DNA from: an uncultured Candidatus Saccharibacteria bacterium
GTDB lineage: Bacteria; Patescibacteriota; Minisyncoccia; Minisyncoccales; Staskawiczbacteraceae
Assembly: GCA_964424305.1 (NCBI GenBank)
Contig: CAYRHW010000003.1
Location: forward strand, 4,895 to 68,894
DNA: 64,000 nt
Direction: 5' to 3'
The notes beneath the pieces were generated by a model. The model saw only the letters and a list, made by a program, of their open reading frames with translations, searched no databases and had not been told where the DNA came from. Positions within the stretch are counted from its first letter, which is position 1. The number at the start of each line of letters is the position of its first letter. Both the position numbers and the translations under genes were made by a program. Of the stretch, positions 42,447-52,319 are shown one piece after another.

Positions 42447-45089
42447 TTAATCTCTCCTAAACCCCTGTATCATCCTGGCGATGCCAAGGAGGACAAGGAT
42501 AATGATTATGATGATGAGGAATAAGTATAAAGGGTTGGAGAGGTTGAGACCGAGTAATCCGGCTAAACCTTGCTGTGGCACAAAGACTGTACCACCATTA
42601 TTGTTGTTGGTATCAGTTCTGTTCAAAATGACCGTGGCTGTGTCCTGAGAAGAACCAGCAGAAGTAGTAACTGTGGCTAGGGTGCTAGCTTCATTGCCGA
42701 ATATGGAGTTGTTTTCTACTACCTGAGCTTTGTAGGTTATGGTTCTAGTAGACTTTGGAGCTAAAGATCCTAGGGTTATCCCTGCTCTAACATCTCCTGA
42801 ATAATCATTACCATCTAACTTTAAACCTCCTTTGTATAATACTTCTGAAGGTAAGTTGGCTTTTACGAAAACATCATTCATTGTGGTGTCTAAACCATTG
42901 CTGACAACCAATAGATAGTCTAGGTTCTGACTGGCATTGGCTGAAAAGGATTTTGTCCATTGGACAGGATCATTCTCTCTCTTTCCAAAGATAGTGACAG
43001 CTAAACCGATTACATTACAATCTTGAGCACAGGATTGGATTGTTTCACCTTCACTACAGGTTCCATCTCCACAAACAGTACATTGAGATATATATTCTGG
43101 AGATCCTTTGGCACAGGTGGTGCCATCACATTTAAGTAAGTTGGTACAAGTGGTTCCATTACAGGAATCGAAGGTACAAGTATTACTGTCTTGGCAAGAT
43201 CTGTATAGGTTTAATCTGACATTGGTTGAACCACTAAACCAGTAGATATCATTGTTGTAACAACCTCTGTAGTTTGTAGACACTGGTGGGATTACTGGTG
43301 GGATGTATGTAGTCACGCAATAACCACCCTGGCAAGTTTGGTTAGATAAACATGTTTGGATTAAACCTTGCCTGGTGTTGTAGGTATCAAACCAGTAAAC
43401 ACTGTTGTTGTAGCAACCTCTGTGATCGTTGTAGTTAATTGTGTTTACACAGTAACCATTCTGACATGTTTGGTTGTAGGCACAGGTTTGAACAAGCTGG
43501 GCATTGTTGTTCCCGGTATTGTAACAAGCACCGTTAGAACAGCCTCCATTAGAATAACCCTGGCGGTAAACACTGTTACCTATGCAGTAGTTGGCTCCAT
43601 TATTGTAATTGTTGTTGGTACAAGTTTGAAATAATTCTTGTCTAACACCAGCCGAGTTGTACCAGTAGACATTGTTATCATAGCACTGAGTGTATGAATG
43701 GTTTATGGTTGAATCAACACAAGCTCCATTCTGACAAGTCTGGTCATAGGTACAATCTTGGTAGATGTCGTTTCTGGTATTGTTTGAGTCAAACCAGTAA
43801 ACATCGTTGTTGTAGCATGCTTTGTGATCATGATTTAAAATCATATTCACACAGACTCCGTTTTCACAGTTCTGGTTAACAGTACAATCTTGGTACAAAT
43901 CATTCCTAGTATTGCTTGAACTAAACCAGTAAACATCGTTGTTGTAGCATGCTCTGTGGTCGTGATTGATGGTAATGTCTATGCACTCGCCATTAACACA
44001 GTTCTGGTTAACAGTACAATCTTGGTACAAATCATTCCTAGTATTGCTTGAACTAAACCAGTAAACATCGTTGTTGTAGCATGCTCTGTGGTCGTGATTG
44101 ATAACATTGGTCACACACTCGCCGTTAACACAGGTTTGGTTGGCAGTACAATCTTGGTATAGATCATTTCTTGTGTTGGTGGAACTAAACCAGTAGACAT
44201 CGTTGTTGTAGCATGCTCTGTGGTCGTGGTTGATGGTAATGTCTATGCACTCGCCATTAACACAGTTCTGGTTAACAGTACAATCTTGGTACAAATCATT
44301 CCTAGTATTGCTTGAACTAAACCAGTAAACATCGTTGTTGTAGCATGCTCTGTGGTCGTGATTGATAACATTGGTCACACACTCGCCGTTAACACAGGTT
44401 TGGTTGGCAGTACAATCTTGGTATAGATCATTTCTTGTGTTGGTGGAACTAAACCAGTAGACATCGTCATTGTAACAAGCTCGGTGGTCGTGGTTGATAA
44501 TTGGCTGGGTGATGGCGTAAAAGATCTTCATCTTATCCTCGTTTACACTGGTTGTACTACAAAGTGTCCCCGAGCTTCCACTCCAAGTGAATTGATCATT
44601 CCCAGGATTACTGCCCCTATCATTTCCCTCGATGACACCACAGGTCCCACTCGGATCCTCATAGTTTATATTCTGGATATTCGTGATCGAAGCATTGGAA
44701 AAACTAAAACTTGCCCTCACGGTTTCCCTGGTGCTTTCGCCACCAAATCCATATGCCGTGATTTGGACATACCCATTCTTCCTTATCACATGTAAACCAG
44801 CGACATTATCAGTTGAATCACCGTCAATTACTGCCGATCCATTAACAACCAAGGGGATGGAAACGCTTCCTGTTCCGAAGACAGCTGAGTCGGTCCCTAC
44901 AAAAATATTATTACTCATATTTGGAATATGGGAAGCGCTAGTCGGGGAATAGTTACCGGTATAATTTACGGTAAGAGTAAGCGAAACATCCCCAGCGGTA
45001 GCAGAGACTACTCCAGGGGTCGATAATGTTATTAGAATAACTGACACCATGAAAATGAAAACGCATTTACTTTTTATTTTTGTGATCAT
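42447..45089 (-). CDS. Large secreted, C-terminally anchored surface protein with about 9 Cys-rich 44-aa tandem modules
   Basis: Signal peptide, then repeats of INHDHRACYNNDVYWFSS.NTRNDLYQDCT.NQ.C.NGEC. A beta-rich domain and a C-terminal TM plus basic tail (LGIARMIQGFRRD) follow. Confidence 0.85.
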   Translation of the reverse strand: MITKIKSKCVFIFMVSVILITLSTPGVVSATAGDVSLTLTVNYTGNYSPTSASHIPNMSNNIFVGTDSAVFGTGSVSIPLVVNGSAVIDGDSTDNVAGLHVIRKNGYVQITAYGFGGESTRETVRASFSFSNASITNIQNINYEDPSGTCGVIEGNDRGSNPGNDQFTWSGSSGTLCSTTSVNEDKMKIFYAITQPIINHDHRACYNDDVYWFSSTNTRNDLYQDCTANQTCVNGECVTNVINHDHRACYNNDVYWFSSSNTRNDLYQDCTVNQNCVNGECIDITINHDHRACYNNDVYWFSSTNTRNDLYQDCTANQTCVNGECVTNVINHDHRACYNNDVYWFSSSNTRNDLYQDCTVNQNCVNGECIDITINHDHRACYNNDVYWFSSSNTRNDLYQDCTVNQNCENGVCVNMILNHDHKACYNNDVYWFDSNNTRNDIYQDCTYDQTCQNGACVDSTINHSYTQCYDNNVYWYNSAGVRQELFQTCTNNNYNNGANYCIGNSVYRQGYSNGGCSNGACYNTGNNNAQLVQTCAYNQTCQNGYCVNTINYNDHRGCYNNSVYWFDTYNTRQGLIQTCLSNQTCQGGYCVTTYIPPVIPPVSTNYRGCYNNDIYWFSGSTNVRLNLYRSCQDSNTCTFDSCNGTTCTNLLKCDGTTCAKGSPEYISQCTVCGDGTCSEGETIQSCAQDCNVIGLAVTIFGKRENDPVQWTKSFSANASQNLDYLLVVSNGLDTTMNDVFVKANLPSEVLYKGGLKLDGNDYSGDVRAGITLGSLAPKSTRTITYKAQVVENNSIFGNEASTLATVTTSAGSSQDTATVILNRTDTNNNNGGTVFVPQQGLAGLLGLNLSNPLYLFLIIIIIILVLLGIARMIQGFRRD
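43250..44505 (-). repeat. Coding tandem repeat, 132-nt period (about 9 units; the five units at 43789-44448 are near-identical)
   Basis: The unit landmark CTAAACCAGTA recurs at 43921, 44053, 44185, 44317 and 44449. The units at 43921 and 44185 differ at 2 of 132 nt, and 44053 and 44317 look identical, giving a 264-nt super-repeat. Confidence 0.9.
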
Positions 45090-45171
45090 AATTTTTATAT
45101 TATTTTTATTAAAATGCTTACGACTTCCTTAATATAAGATGGGGCATAGCCCCTACTGAATAATATATAAT

Positions 45172-45200
45172 ATAATACAACTTATACTATTTTTTGTCAA
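45172..45200 (-). promoter_or_regulatory. Sigma70-type promoter of the repeat-protein gene (TTGACA, 17-nt spacer, TATTAT)
   Basis: Read on the minus strand: -35 at 45200-45195 and -10 at 45177-45172. The leader is about 75 nt and contains the hairpin GGGGC-ATA-GCCCC. Confidence 0.6.
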
Positions 45201-45306
45201 TAGTCCCGCACCAGTTCTTGAATAATATCAAACTATCAATAAAACACAGTAAAATCAATGGGCTAAATCAAAAAGACCCCTTTTAAGGGGTCTTTTACCA
45301 ACAATC

Positions 45307-45693
45307 CTAGATAACCTGTGCTTTCATTCTCTTCTTTTTTAGCTCTCTTCTCTTCGCCTCAATCATCTTGGCCTTATACTTTTTCATCTCCTGCTGCATC
45401 TCATCTTTAACTTCGACGATGGCTGATCTCAAATCCTCATTATTAGCAGCTGCTACAATAGTTTTACCAGGCAAACTTATTTTCACCTCAGCTTTAAAGT
45501 ATGGTCCCTTTCTATGATGCTTTGTCTCTTTCTCTATCTCCACGAAGAAATCACAGGTTGATTTTACCCTCTCCCATTCATCATCCCTATGGCAGGATTG
45601 CACAAATTTCTGAAGACCTCCGATCTTCTCATTAATAAACTCTTCAATTGCTGGTGTTAACTCGATTATCTTTGTCTTTATTATTATTTTCAT
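45307..45693 (-). CDS. hpf: Ribosome hibernation-promoting factor / RaiA family (short form)
   Basis: MKIIIKTKIIELTPAIEEFINEKIGGLQKF is the S30EA/YfiA N-terminal pattern. Terminator at 45270-45297. Confidence 0.75.
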   Translation of the reverse strand: MKIIIKTKIIELTPAIEEFINEKIGGLQKFVQSCHRDDEWERVKSTCDFFVEIEKETKHHRKGPYFKAEVKISLPGKTIVAAANNEDLRSAIVEVKDEMQQEMKKYKAKMIEAKRRELKKKRMKAQVI

Positions 45694-46637
45694 AGGTGTT
45701 GTACCTCTTCTTCTAATTTAATATTAAATTTAGCTTTTACCTTTTGTTTAACTACTTTAATTAATTTTACCACATCTTCTGCTTTAGCTCCTCCGGTGTT
45801 AATTATAAAATTGGCGTGCTTCTCCGAAACCTGCGCCCCTCCGATCTTCTTCCCCTTTACCCCAGCCTTATCTATTAAATACGAGGTCGGTATTCTGCTA
45901 CCCTTGTTGAACTCATTAAGCTCGGGGTATTTCTTTAGTAAATTCTTATTGGTTATTTTCTTTGTATAGTTTTTAAAGATACATCCAGCCGAAGGAAAAC
46001 TTAATGGATGATTTGCTTTTCTGTAATCGCCGAATCTTTTTACTTCTTGAGTGATTACATTCTTCTCTCCGGGCTTCACTTCTAATACTACAGACAGAAT
46101 GATTAAGTCCTTATTAACTTTAAAAATACTATGCTTATTATTAAACCTACAATCTTTTTGAGAAAGGGTTTTTATCTTTAGACTTCTAATATCTAATACT
46201 CTTACGCTTTTGATGTTATTGGCCATTGTTGAGCCAAAAGCCCCTACATTACCATAAACCGCTGCCCCGACGCTCCCAGGTATCCCCTCAGCCCATTCTA
46301 GGCCAGTTAGAACGCTATCTGTGGCTAGTTTGACTACTGTTCTTAGAGAAACACCGGCATCAGCAATAATACTTCTATTATTAATTTTAATACCATTGTT
46401 CCCCATTTTTATAATCATCCCCTTATATCCCTTGTCTGAAACCAATAGATTGCTTCCTTCGCCCATGATAAAAAAAGGCAACCTAAGTTGCTTAGCTACT
46501 TTAATGGATTTTACTAATTGCTCTGGTGTTTTTGCCGTGAAGAAATACTTAGCCCTTCCCCCTATTTTAAAGGTTGTGCGATCGGCTATTGATACATTCT
46601 CTTTTATTCCAGATAACATTTTTCTAATATCTATCAT
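45690..46637 (-). CDS. murB: UDP-N-acetylenolpyruvoylglucosamine reductase
   Basis: FAD-binding TTFKIGGRAKYF and GEGSNLL. The C-terminal SAGCIFKN and GGAQVSEKHANFIIN are MurB motifs. Confidence 0.9.
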   Translation of the reverse strand: MIDIRKMLSGIKENVSIADRTTFKIGGRAKYFFTAKTPEQLVKSIKVAKQLRLPFFIMGEGSNLLVSDKGYKGMIIKMGNNGIKINNRSIIADAGVSLRTVVKLATDSVLTGLEWAEGIPGSVGAAVYGNVGAFGSTMANNIKSVRVLDIRSLKIKTLSQKDCRFNNKHSIFKVNKDLIILSVVLEVKPGEKNVITQEVKRFGDYRKANHPLSFPSAGCIFKNYTKKITNKNLLKKYPELNEFNKGSRIPTSYLIDKAGVKGKKIGGAQVSEKHANFIINTGGAKAEDVVKLIKVVKQKVKAKFNIKLEEEVQHL

Positions 46638-46641
46638 AGCT

Positions 46642-48228
46642 TCATTTTGCCAATAACAGATTCAACTGAGCCCTTGTCCCATTGCCAACAAAACCCGTAA
46701 CAGCTATGGGGTAACCGGCTGTCTGAGAAATTTGGGATCTGTATTTATTCTGGAAACATTTTACTGCCGCCAGGGTCTGAACCCCAAAATAGTTTGTATT
46801 TGCAACACCGGACAAACATCCTTCGGATGCCAACATATATTTTAAATAAATGACGTCTTGAGTTTTTGCTCCAAAGGCTAAGTTTCTTACAAGACTAAAT
46901 CCCGCCGGAATACTATTAGACGTTACCGTTTGTCCCGTGCCCGAAGCAGAAACAGTAAAGGTAAAAGAACGAGATGGTTCGTTGTCTCCAAAATCTGACG
47001 TCTTAGCCTGGGTAGACGGCATAATAATTAAAGCCGTATTCTCAGTACCAAAATTTTGAACACTTATTTCTCCCCTTGAATTAACTAAATTCAAGAAATT
47101 CACAGTATAGCTTCCATTGTTTTTTTGTACTAAATAGGGAATTTTAAAACTGGTACCACTATTACTTGAAAAAGAAAGCTTAACGCTTCCCTTGCCTCCA
47201 ATTATTTTAAACCAATTCCCCGCCCAATCTTTCGTTATATCTGTAACGCTTAAAATACTTTGCCCCGACAGTGGAAGAAAATTAATTTTTGGATAAACAT
47301 GCAAATCCTTGAGATTGTTATTTAGATAACAATAACTTGCACCAAAATTACAATCATTAATATAAACGGCAATCATCCAATCAGTAAAAATTTGCGCAAA
47401 ATTTTTAATTGATCCCTCTTTATTCAAAGCATAATTAATACTCTCTATCCCAACCTTTGAATTTCGCAAGGAATCAACCAAAACTTCTTTCCCATAATAA
47501 TCAACCAAATATTGGGTAAAAAGACTTACAACTCCATAATCAGCTTTCGACCCCTTCCAATCGGTAATTGAGTCAAATGGCTCATCTGAAAAAACCTGTG
47601 CCCTATTTTGGAGATAACTTCCAGAAAAAATATTATCATATCCCAAAAGAGTGGGCGCATACTCTGCCCTCGCTTCGTTAAGCCAAGTATCTTCTTCGGC
47701 ACCATAAATTTTATTCTTTTGATTAAAAGTAACTAAATGAGTAAATTCATGTGCCAGAAAGCTCGGGGCATTCGTGTCTTTCAGTCTCGCAGCACTTAAA
47801 TACACCATCTCTCTTTCGTTGGACCCAGGAACCTGCAATTTAGTGTATTCATCATTTGAACGAAAATAACCACCAGCGTCTTTCGCCATAGAATGTATGA
47901 GGATAGTAACCTTGATGTCTTTATCTATCCCTGGAGTCCACTCCGAACCATAACTAGCTACAAGGCCGGGATAGATCTTGTTATCAAACTCATCCCCCAG
48001 CAATCCTAGTGCTGCAGAAATCTCGTTTTGAGGAGCAAAATTCCACCAACTCTCATCAACATAAAAATATGCTTTTGAGCTAATTTTTAATAAAACAGCA
48101 TCTACAGTATTTCTCTTACTTGCATCATAACTAGAATCTACGTAAAAATTTCTTTTTTCGCCTAAATTATCTGCGCTTACCAATAATGGGAAGAAAATAA
48201 GGCAAACAACAATAACAATTTTTTTCAT
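46642..48228 (-). CDS. Secreted zinc metalloprotease-like protein with C-terminal peptidoglycan-binding domain
   Basis: Signal peptide and HExxH (LAHEFTHLV). C-terminal PG_binding_1-like DVIYLKYMLASEGCL...FGVQTLAAVKCFQ. Confidence 0.65.
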   Translation of the reverse strand: MKKIVIVVCLIFFPLLVSADNLGEKRNFYVDSSYDASKRNTVDAVLLKISSKAYFYVDESWWNFAPQNEISAALGLLGDEFDNKIYPGLVASYGSEWTPGIDKDIKVTILIHSMAKDAGGYFRSNDEYTKLQVPGSNEREMVYLSAARLKDTNAPSFLAHEFTHLVTFNQKNKIYGAEEDTWLNEARAEYAPTLLGYDNIFSGSYLQNRAQVFSDEPFDSITDWKGSKADYGVVSLFTQYLVDYYGKEVLVDSLRNSKVGIESINYALNKEGSIKNFAQIFTDWMIAVYINDCNFGASYCYLNNNLKDLHVYPKINFLPLSGQSILSVTDITKDWAGNWFKIIGGKGSVKLSFSSNSGTSFKIPYLVQKNNGSYTVNFLNLVNSRGEISVQNFGTENTALIIMPSTQAKTSDFGDNEPSRSFTFTVSASGTGQTVTSNSIPAGFSLVRNLAFGAKTQDVIYLKYMLASEGCLSGVANTNYFGVQTLAAVKCFQNKYRSQISQTAGYPIAVTGFVGNGTRAQLNLLLAK

Positions 48229-48258
48229 TAGTTTATTCTATCATAAACAAAAAACTTT

Positions 48259-50115
48259 TTAAGCCTTCGTATTAAAATATGGGACAAAACTTTTTAATTT
48301 ACTGATTATCATATCAACTTCTGATTTATTCAAGATATTATCAAGACCCTCCAGATTTTTCCCTAGCTCTTCCTGATCAATTTTTGAAAGCTTCGCTATA
48401 AATATTTTTTTATTCTTAGTTGCGACAGTCCCCTCTTCTGCAGTTAACATTTCCTCAAATAACTTTTCTCCCGGCCTTACCCCAGTGAAAACAATCGCTA
48501 TATCTCTGTCCTCTTCTAGTCCAGACAATTTTATCATTTCTCTCGCTAAATCCAATATCTTTATCGGCCCACCCATGTCCAATACGAACACCTCCCCACC
48601 AAATCCCATAAACCCAGCCTGCATCACCAAAAGACAAGCTTCGGAATTTAACATAAAATATCGTTTCATCTCCGGATGTGTCACTTCTACAGGCCCACCC
48701 CTTTTTATCTGTTCTCTAAATGTAGGGATCACGCTACCACGACTATCCAAAACATTACCGAATCTTACAGAAATAAATTTCGTTTTATTTTGTTGATTAA
48801 GTGCCTGGCATATCATTTCCCCAACTCTTTTTGTTGCTCCCATAACTGATGTGGGATTTACGGCTTTATCAGTTGAAATATAAATGAATTTTTCTACATT
48901 ATTTTCAACAGATAATTCAGCAACATTTTTTAAACCAAATATATTGTTTCTTACTGCTTCATCGGGTTGCCCCTCCATTAATGGAACGTGCTTATACGCA
49001 GCGGCGTGGAAAACGACGTTTGGCTTTAAATCAATAAACATCCTTTTAAGATTTTTTGTTTCTATTATGTCTCCCACAAGCGAACGCAAAACCAAATCTG
49101 GAAGTTCCTTTTTTAAGGCTTCCGATATATTAAATATTCCTGTTTCGTCTTGATCTAATAAAATTAAAAGCGCGGGAGAAAATCTTGCCACCTGTTTTGA
49201 TAATTCTGACCCAATCGATCCTGCGGCCCCTGTAATTAACACAATCCTTCCCTTAATAAAGGAGGCGATTTCTTTCGTATCGATTTCTATTACCTTTCTC
49301 CCAAGTAAATCGCCAACCTCGACCTCCTTTAAAGACGACAATTTCACCTTCCCATTAATAATTTCCGAGACCGGCGGAAGAATTTTAATATCTTTAATCC
49401 CAGATTCCCTCCCCAACCTAACCGCTTCCCCAATTAAGCGACTACTCGCTGAGGGGATGGCTATTATTAAAATCTCGATCGCATGTTTTTTAATTACTTC
49501 TGGCATATCTGATACCTTCCCTAAAACTTTTAAACCGTGAATCATCACTCCGCGTTTCGAGACATTATCATCAACAAAACCCACTAATAAATATGGGGAT
49601 TTGCTAGAAAAAACATTCCTCGCAAGCTGCTCTCCCGCGTCACCAGCCCCAACTACTAGTGTTTTCCTTTTTTGTAATAATCGATCTCCCCTAAAGATAA
49701 TCGCGTACACCCTTTTTCCCAACCTCAACCCACCACAGAAAATAAAAATTAAGATGAATATTATTATAAGTATTGACCTAGGAAAATTTATAAAAAAGGG
49801 GAAATATTTAGAGATGTACAATGTAATAGAAAAAATAATAAACGACAGGGTTGTTGCTTTGAAAAGACTAACCAACTCAACAGTACCAACATATGCCCAA
49901 GAAAAATTATATAATTTAGAGATATAAAAAATTGGAATAGTAAACACAACTGCCAATATTATCATTCTTTCGACAAACCCCTCATACTGGCTAGGGACAT
50001 TCCCTTCAAATCTAATAAAAAAAGCGAACACCACCGATATAGAAATTAGCAATATATCCGATAAAAGGAAAAACAAAAACCGGGTTTTGTTATTTTTGTT
50101 AAAAAAATTAAGCAT
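48259..50115 (-). CDS. Membrane-bound nucleotide-sugar 4,6-dehydratase (CapD/PglF/WbpM family)
   Basis: 4 N-terminal TM, then SDR domains with VVGAGDAGEQLA and LITGAAGSIGSEL. Confidence 0.85.
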   Translation of the reverse strand: MLNFFNKNNKTRFLFFLLSDILLISISVVFAFFIRFEGNVPSQYEGFVERMIILAVVFTIPIFYISKLYNFSWAYVGTVELVSLFKATTLSFIIFSITLYISKYFPFFINFPRSILIIIFILIFIFCGGLRLGKRVYAIIFRGDRLLQKRKTLVVGAGDAGEQLARNVFSSKSPYLLVGFVDDNVSKRGVMIHGLKVLGKVSDMPEVIKKHAIEILIIAIPSASSRLIGEAVRLGRESGIKDIKILPPVSEIINGKVKLSSLKEVEVGDLLGRKVIEIDTKEIASFIKGRIVLITGAAGSIGSELSKQVARFSPALLILLDQDETGIFNISEALKKELPDLVLRSLVGDIIETKNLKRMFIDLKPNVVFHAAAYKHVPLMEGQPDEAVRNNIFGLKNVAELSVENNVEKFIYISTDKAVNPTSVMGATKRVGEMICQALNQQNKTKFISVRFGNVLDSRGSVIPTFREQIKRGGPVEVTHPEMKRYFMLNSEACLLVMQAGFMGFGGEVFVLDMGGPIKILDLAREMIKLSGLEEDRDIAIVFTGVRPGEKLFEEMLTAEEGTVATKNKKIFIAKLSKIDQEELGKNLEGLDNILNKSEVDMIISKLKSFVPYFNTKA

Positions 50116-51238
50116 TTATTTCTTTGATTATTCTCTTCAAATTATTCACTACAAAATTAATCTCTGATTCCTTGATAGTATTATAAAATGGCAAAGCTAA
50201 CGTGCGGCTTCCTACTCCCTCGGCAATAGGGAAAGATTCTTCAACGTAATGAAATTCTTCTTTATAAAAAGGTTGCAAATGTATTGGATAAAAATAATTG
50301 CTGCATTGGATTCCCACTTCGGCCATTTTGGCAATTACGGTATTCCTTTCTTCTGCCGCTTTACCAAAAAGCTTTACAACATAAACAAACCAACTGATTT
50401 TCTTTCCTTCTTCAAATTCTGGAGTAAAAACAAAATTTACACCTTTAAACTTTTTATTATATAACTTAACAATTGATTCCCTCCTCTTCATCGTTTCCTT
50501 TATCCTACTCAACTGAGAAATCCCCAATGCACAACTCATCTCATCTAGACGATAATTATATCCCAATCTAATATGTTCTAACCACTTTCCACCGTCAGTT
50601 TTTCTCCCCTGGTTTGCCATGCTCCGACATAAATCCGCTAATTCCTTATTGTTTGTCAAAATCATCCCACCCTCACCGGTTGTAATTTGTTTATTTGGAT
50701 AAAAAGAAAATACCGCTGCATCCCCAAAGCTCCCACATTTCTTCTTACAACATTCTGATCCAACGGCCTCAGCAGAATCTTCTATTAATAGTAAATTATG
50801 TTTTTTGGCTATTTCAGTCAAAGCTAACCAATCAGCTGGCCTGCCGAAAACATCAACCGCCAATATGGCTTTTGTTTTTGAAGTAATTTTCTCCTCAATT
50901 TTAGAAACATCAATATTAAAGGTTTGTTCATCGATATCGATAAATATCGGCATAGCCCTCTCATATAATAAACAATTTGACGAAGACACAAAAGAAAACG
51001 GCGTTGTTATTACCTCGTCCCCTTCCTTTATGCCCAAAGCTCTAACGATTAAATGCAAAGCAGAAGTCCCACTATTCACGACCACTGCATGTTTCACCCC
51101 AACAAATTTAGCTAATTTATTCTCAAATTCAATATATCTTTCTCCCAAAGACAAAAAATTGGTTTTTAAAACCTTTATAACTTCCTGACGATCACCGTAT
51201 GTAATATCGGGCTTTGACAGCGGTATTTTATACTTCAT
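50108..51238 (-). CDS. DegT/DnrJ/EryC1/StrS-family PLP aminotransferase (PglE-like)
   Basis: VVNSGTSALHL, the active-site region FSFYPNKQITTGEGGMI and YNYRLDEM. Confidence 0.9.
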   Translation of the reverse strand: MKYKIPLSKPDITYGDRQEVIKVLKTNFLSLGERYIEFENKLAKFVGVKHAVVVNSGTSALHLIVRALGIKEGDEVITTPFSFVSSSNCLLYERAMPIFIDIDEQTFNIDVSKIEEKITSKTKAILAVDVFGRPADWLALTEIAKKHNLLLIEDSAEAVGSECCKKKCGSFGDAAVFSFYPNKQITTGEGGMILTNNKELADLCRSMANQGRKTDGGKWLEHIRLGYNYRLDEMSCALGISQLSRIKETMKRRESIVKLYNKKFKGVNFVFTPEFEEGKKISWFVYVVKLFGKAAEERNTVIAKMAEVGIQCSNYFYPIHLQPFYKEEFHYVEESFPIAEGVGSRTLALPFYNTIKESEINFVVNNLKRIIKEINA

Positions 51239-51632
51239 TTATATCTTTAATTACTTTGGCTGGGATTCCATAGGCAATAACATTATCCGGTATATTCGTA
51301 TTAACAAAACTCAAAGCACCAATAATAGAGTTCTCTCCTATGGTTACACCCGGCATAATAACTGAATTAGCGCCAATTTTACAATTTTTTTTAAAGGTTA
51401 CCTTTCCCTCTTTATTATCAACCGTTGAAACAGAATATACCTTCGTCCCTCCCCCTATTTGAACGCCATCTTCAATTATTACCCCGGCCCTAGCATTTAT
51501 ATATACAAAAGCCCCGATATCTGTTTCTTCACCTAATTTAAAATCTTTTACTCCTTGCACCATCCAGTTATATTTTGTTAGCTCTCCCTCATTAATTATT
51601 GGCCTCTCCCAATTTTTGAATCTCTTCTCCAT
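51228..51632 (-). CDS. Hexapeptide-repeat (left-handed beta-helix) acetyltransferase
   Basis: Repeated [LIV]G..-type hexads, e.g. IGANSVIMPGVTIGENSIIGALSFV. Confidence 0.8.
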   Translation of the reverse strand: MEKRFKNWERPIINEGELTKYNWMVQGVKDFKLGEETDIGAFVYINARAGVIIEDGVQIGGGTKVYSVSTVDNKEGKVTFKKNCKIGANSVIMPGVTIGENSIIGALSFVNTNIPDNVIAYGIPAKVIKDINEV

Positions 51633-51647
51633 ATTTTATAGTTAATA

Positions 51648-52319
51648 TTATTTTACCACTTCCCTTATAAGCATAAACGCCTCAGCTGCCATGGCACCGC
51701 ATTCTGTGCCTCTTTTTTGAGCCAGAATTCTTATCCCCTCTAAAGATCTTGGATGAGGATAATCTTTTAATTCACTTTTATAGCATCCCATCGCTTTTAG
51801 TTTTCCATCTAAAAATTCTGAAATATCTTCGTAGTAATTTGGGATAAAAACGTCTTCTATCTTCTGGGCAGGCTTAGCCCACTCTGTCTCTGATAAAACC
51901 TCGTAACAATAGACTTTTTTTATCAGCGAGCCGGGTTTGGGCCTAGCCGCCACCAATGTGGCCTCACAAACTAATTTATGATCTTTATTGATATCTCCAT
52001 AAAAAGGAACGAAAACTACTTCTGGCCCTATATCATTTATACAATCCGACATCAAATCATTAAGTTTTTTTTGAGGAATAGTATCTAACTTCACCGTTGG
52101 CAAATCTAAAAATACGATACCATTGATACCCAGAATACCCTCTGCGCACTTTATCTCTTTCCCCCTATTAGCGATAAAGTCATCACTCCAGTCGGGAGCA
52201 TATGCCTTAGTCACAATACATAAAAAAACCTCGTCTCCATTGTTAATATATTTTTGTATCGTCCCACCACATCCAAGGACTTCATCGTCGGGATGGGGGG
52301 CTATTACTAATATTCTCAT
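51648..52319 (-). CDS. PIG-L/LmbE-family N-acetylglucosaminyl deacetylase
   Basis: ILVIAPHPDDEVLGCGGT and the HKL/H.D pattern. Confidence 0.85.
   Translation of the reverse strand: MRILVIAPHPDDEVLGCGGTIQKYINNGDEVFLCIVTKAYAPDWSDDFIANRGKEIKCAEGILGINGIVFLDLPTVKLDTIPQKKLNDLMSDCINDIGPEVVFVPFYGDINKDHKLVCEATLVAARPKPGSLIKKVYCYEVLSETEWAKPAQKIEDVFIPNYYEDISEFLDGKLKAMGCYKSELKDYPHPRSLEGIRILAQKRGTECGAMAAEAFMLIREVVK

Noticed and set aside
43250-44505. Regular 132-nt repeats, considered as a CRISPR-like or satellite array
   Set aside because: The period is a multiple of 3, the repeats lie in an uninterrupted 880-aa reading frame with conserved Cys spacing, and there is no spacer/repeat alternation. These are coding tandem repeats.
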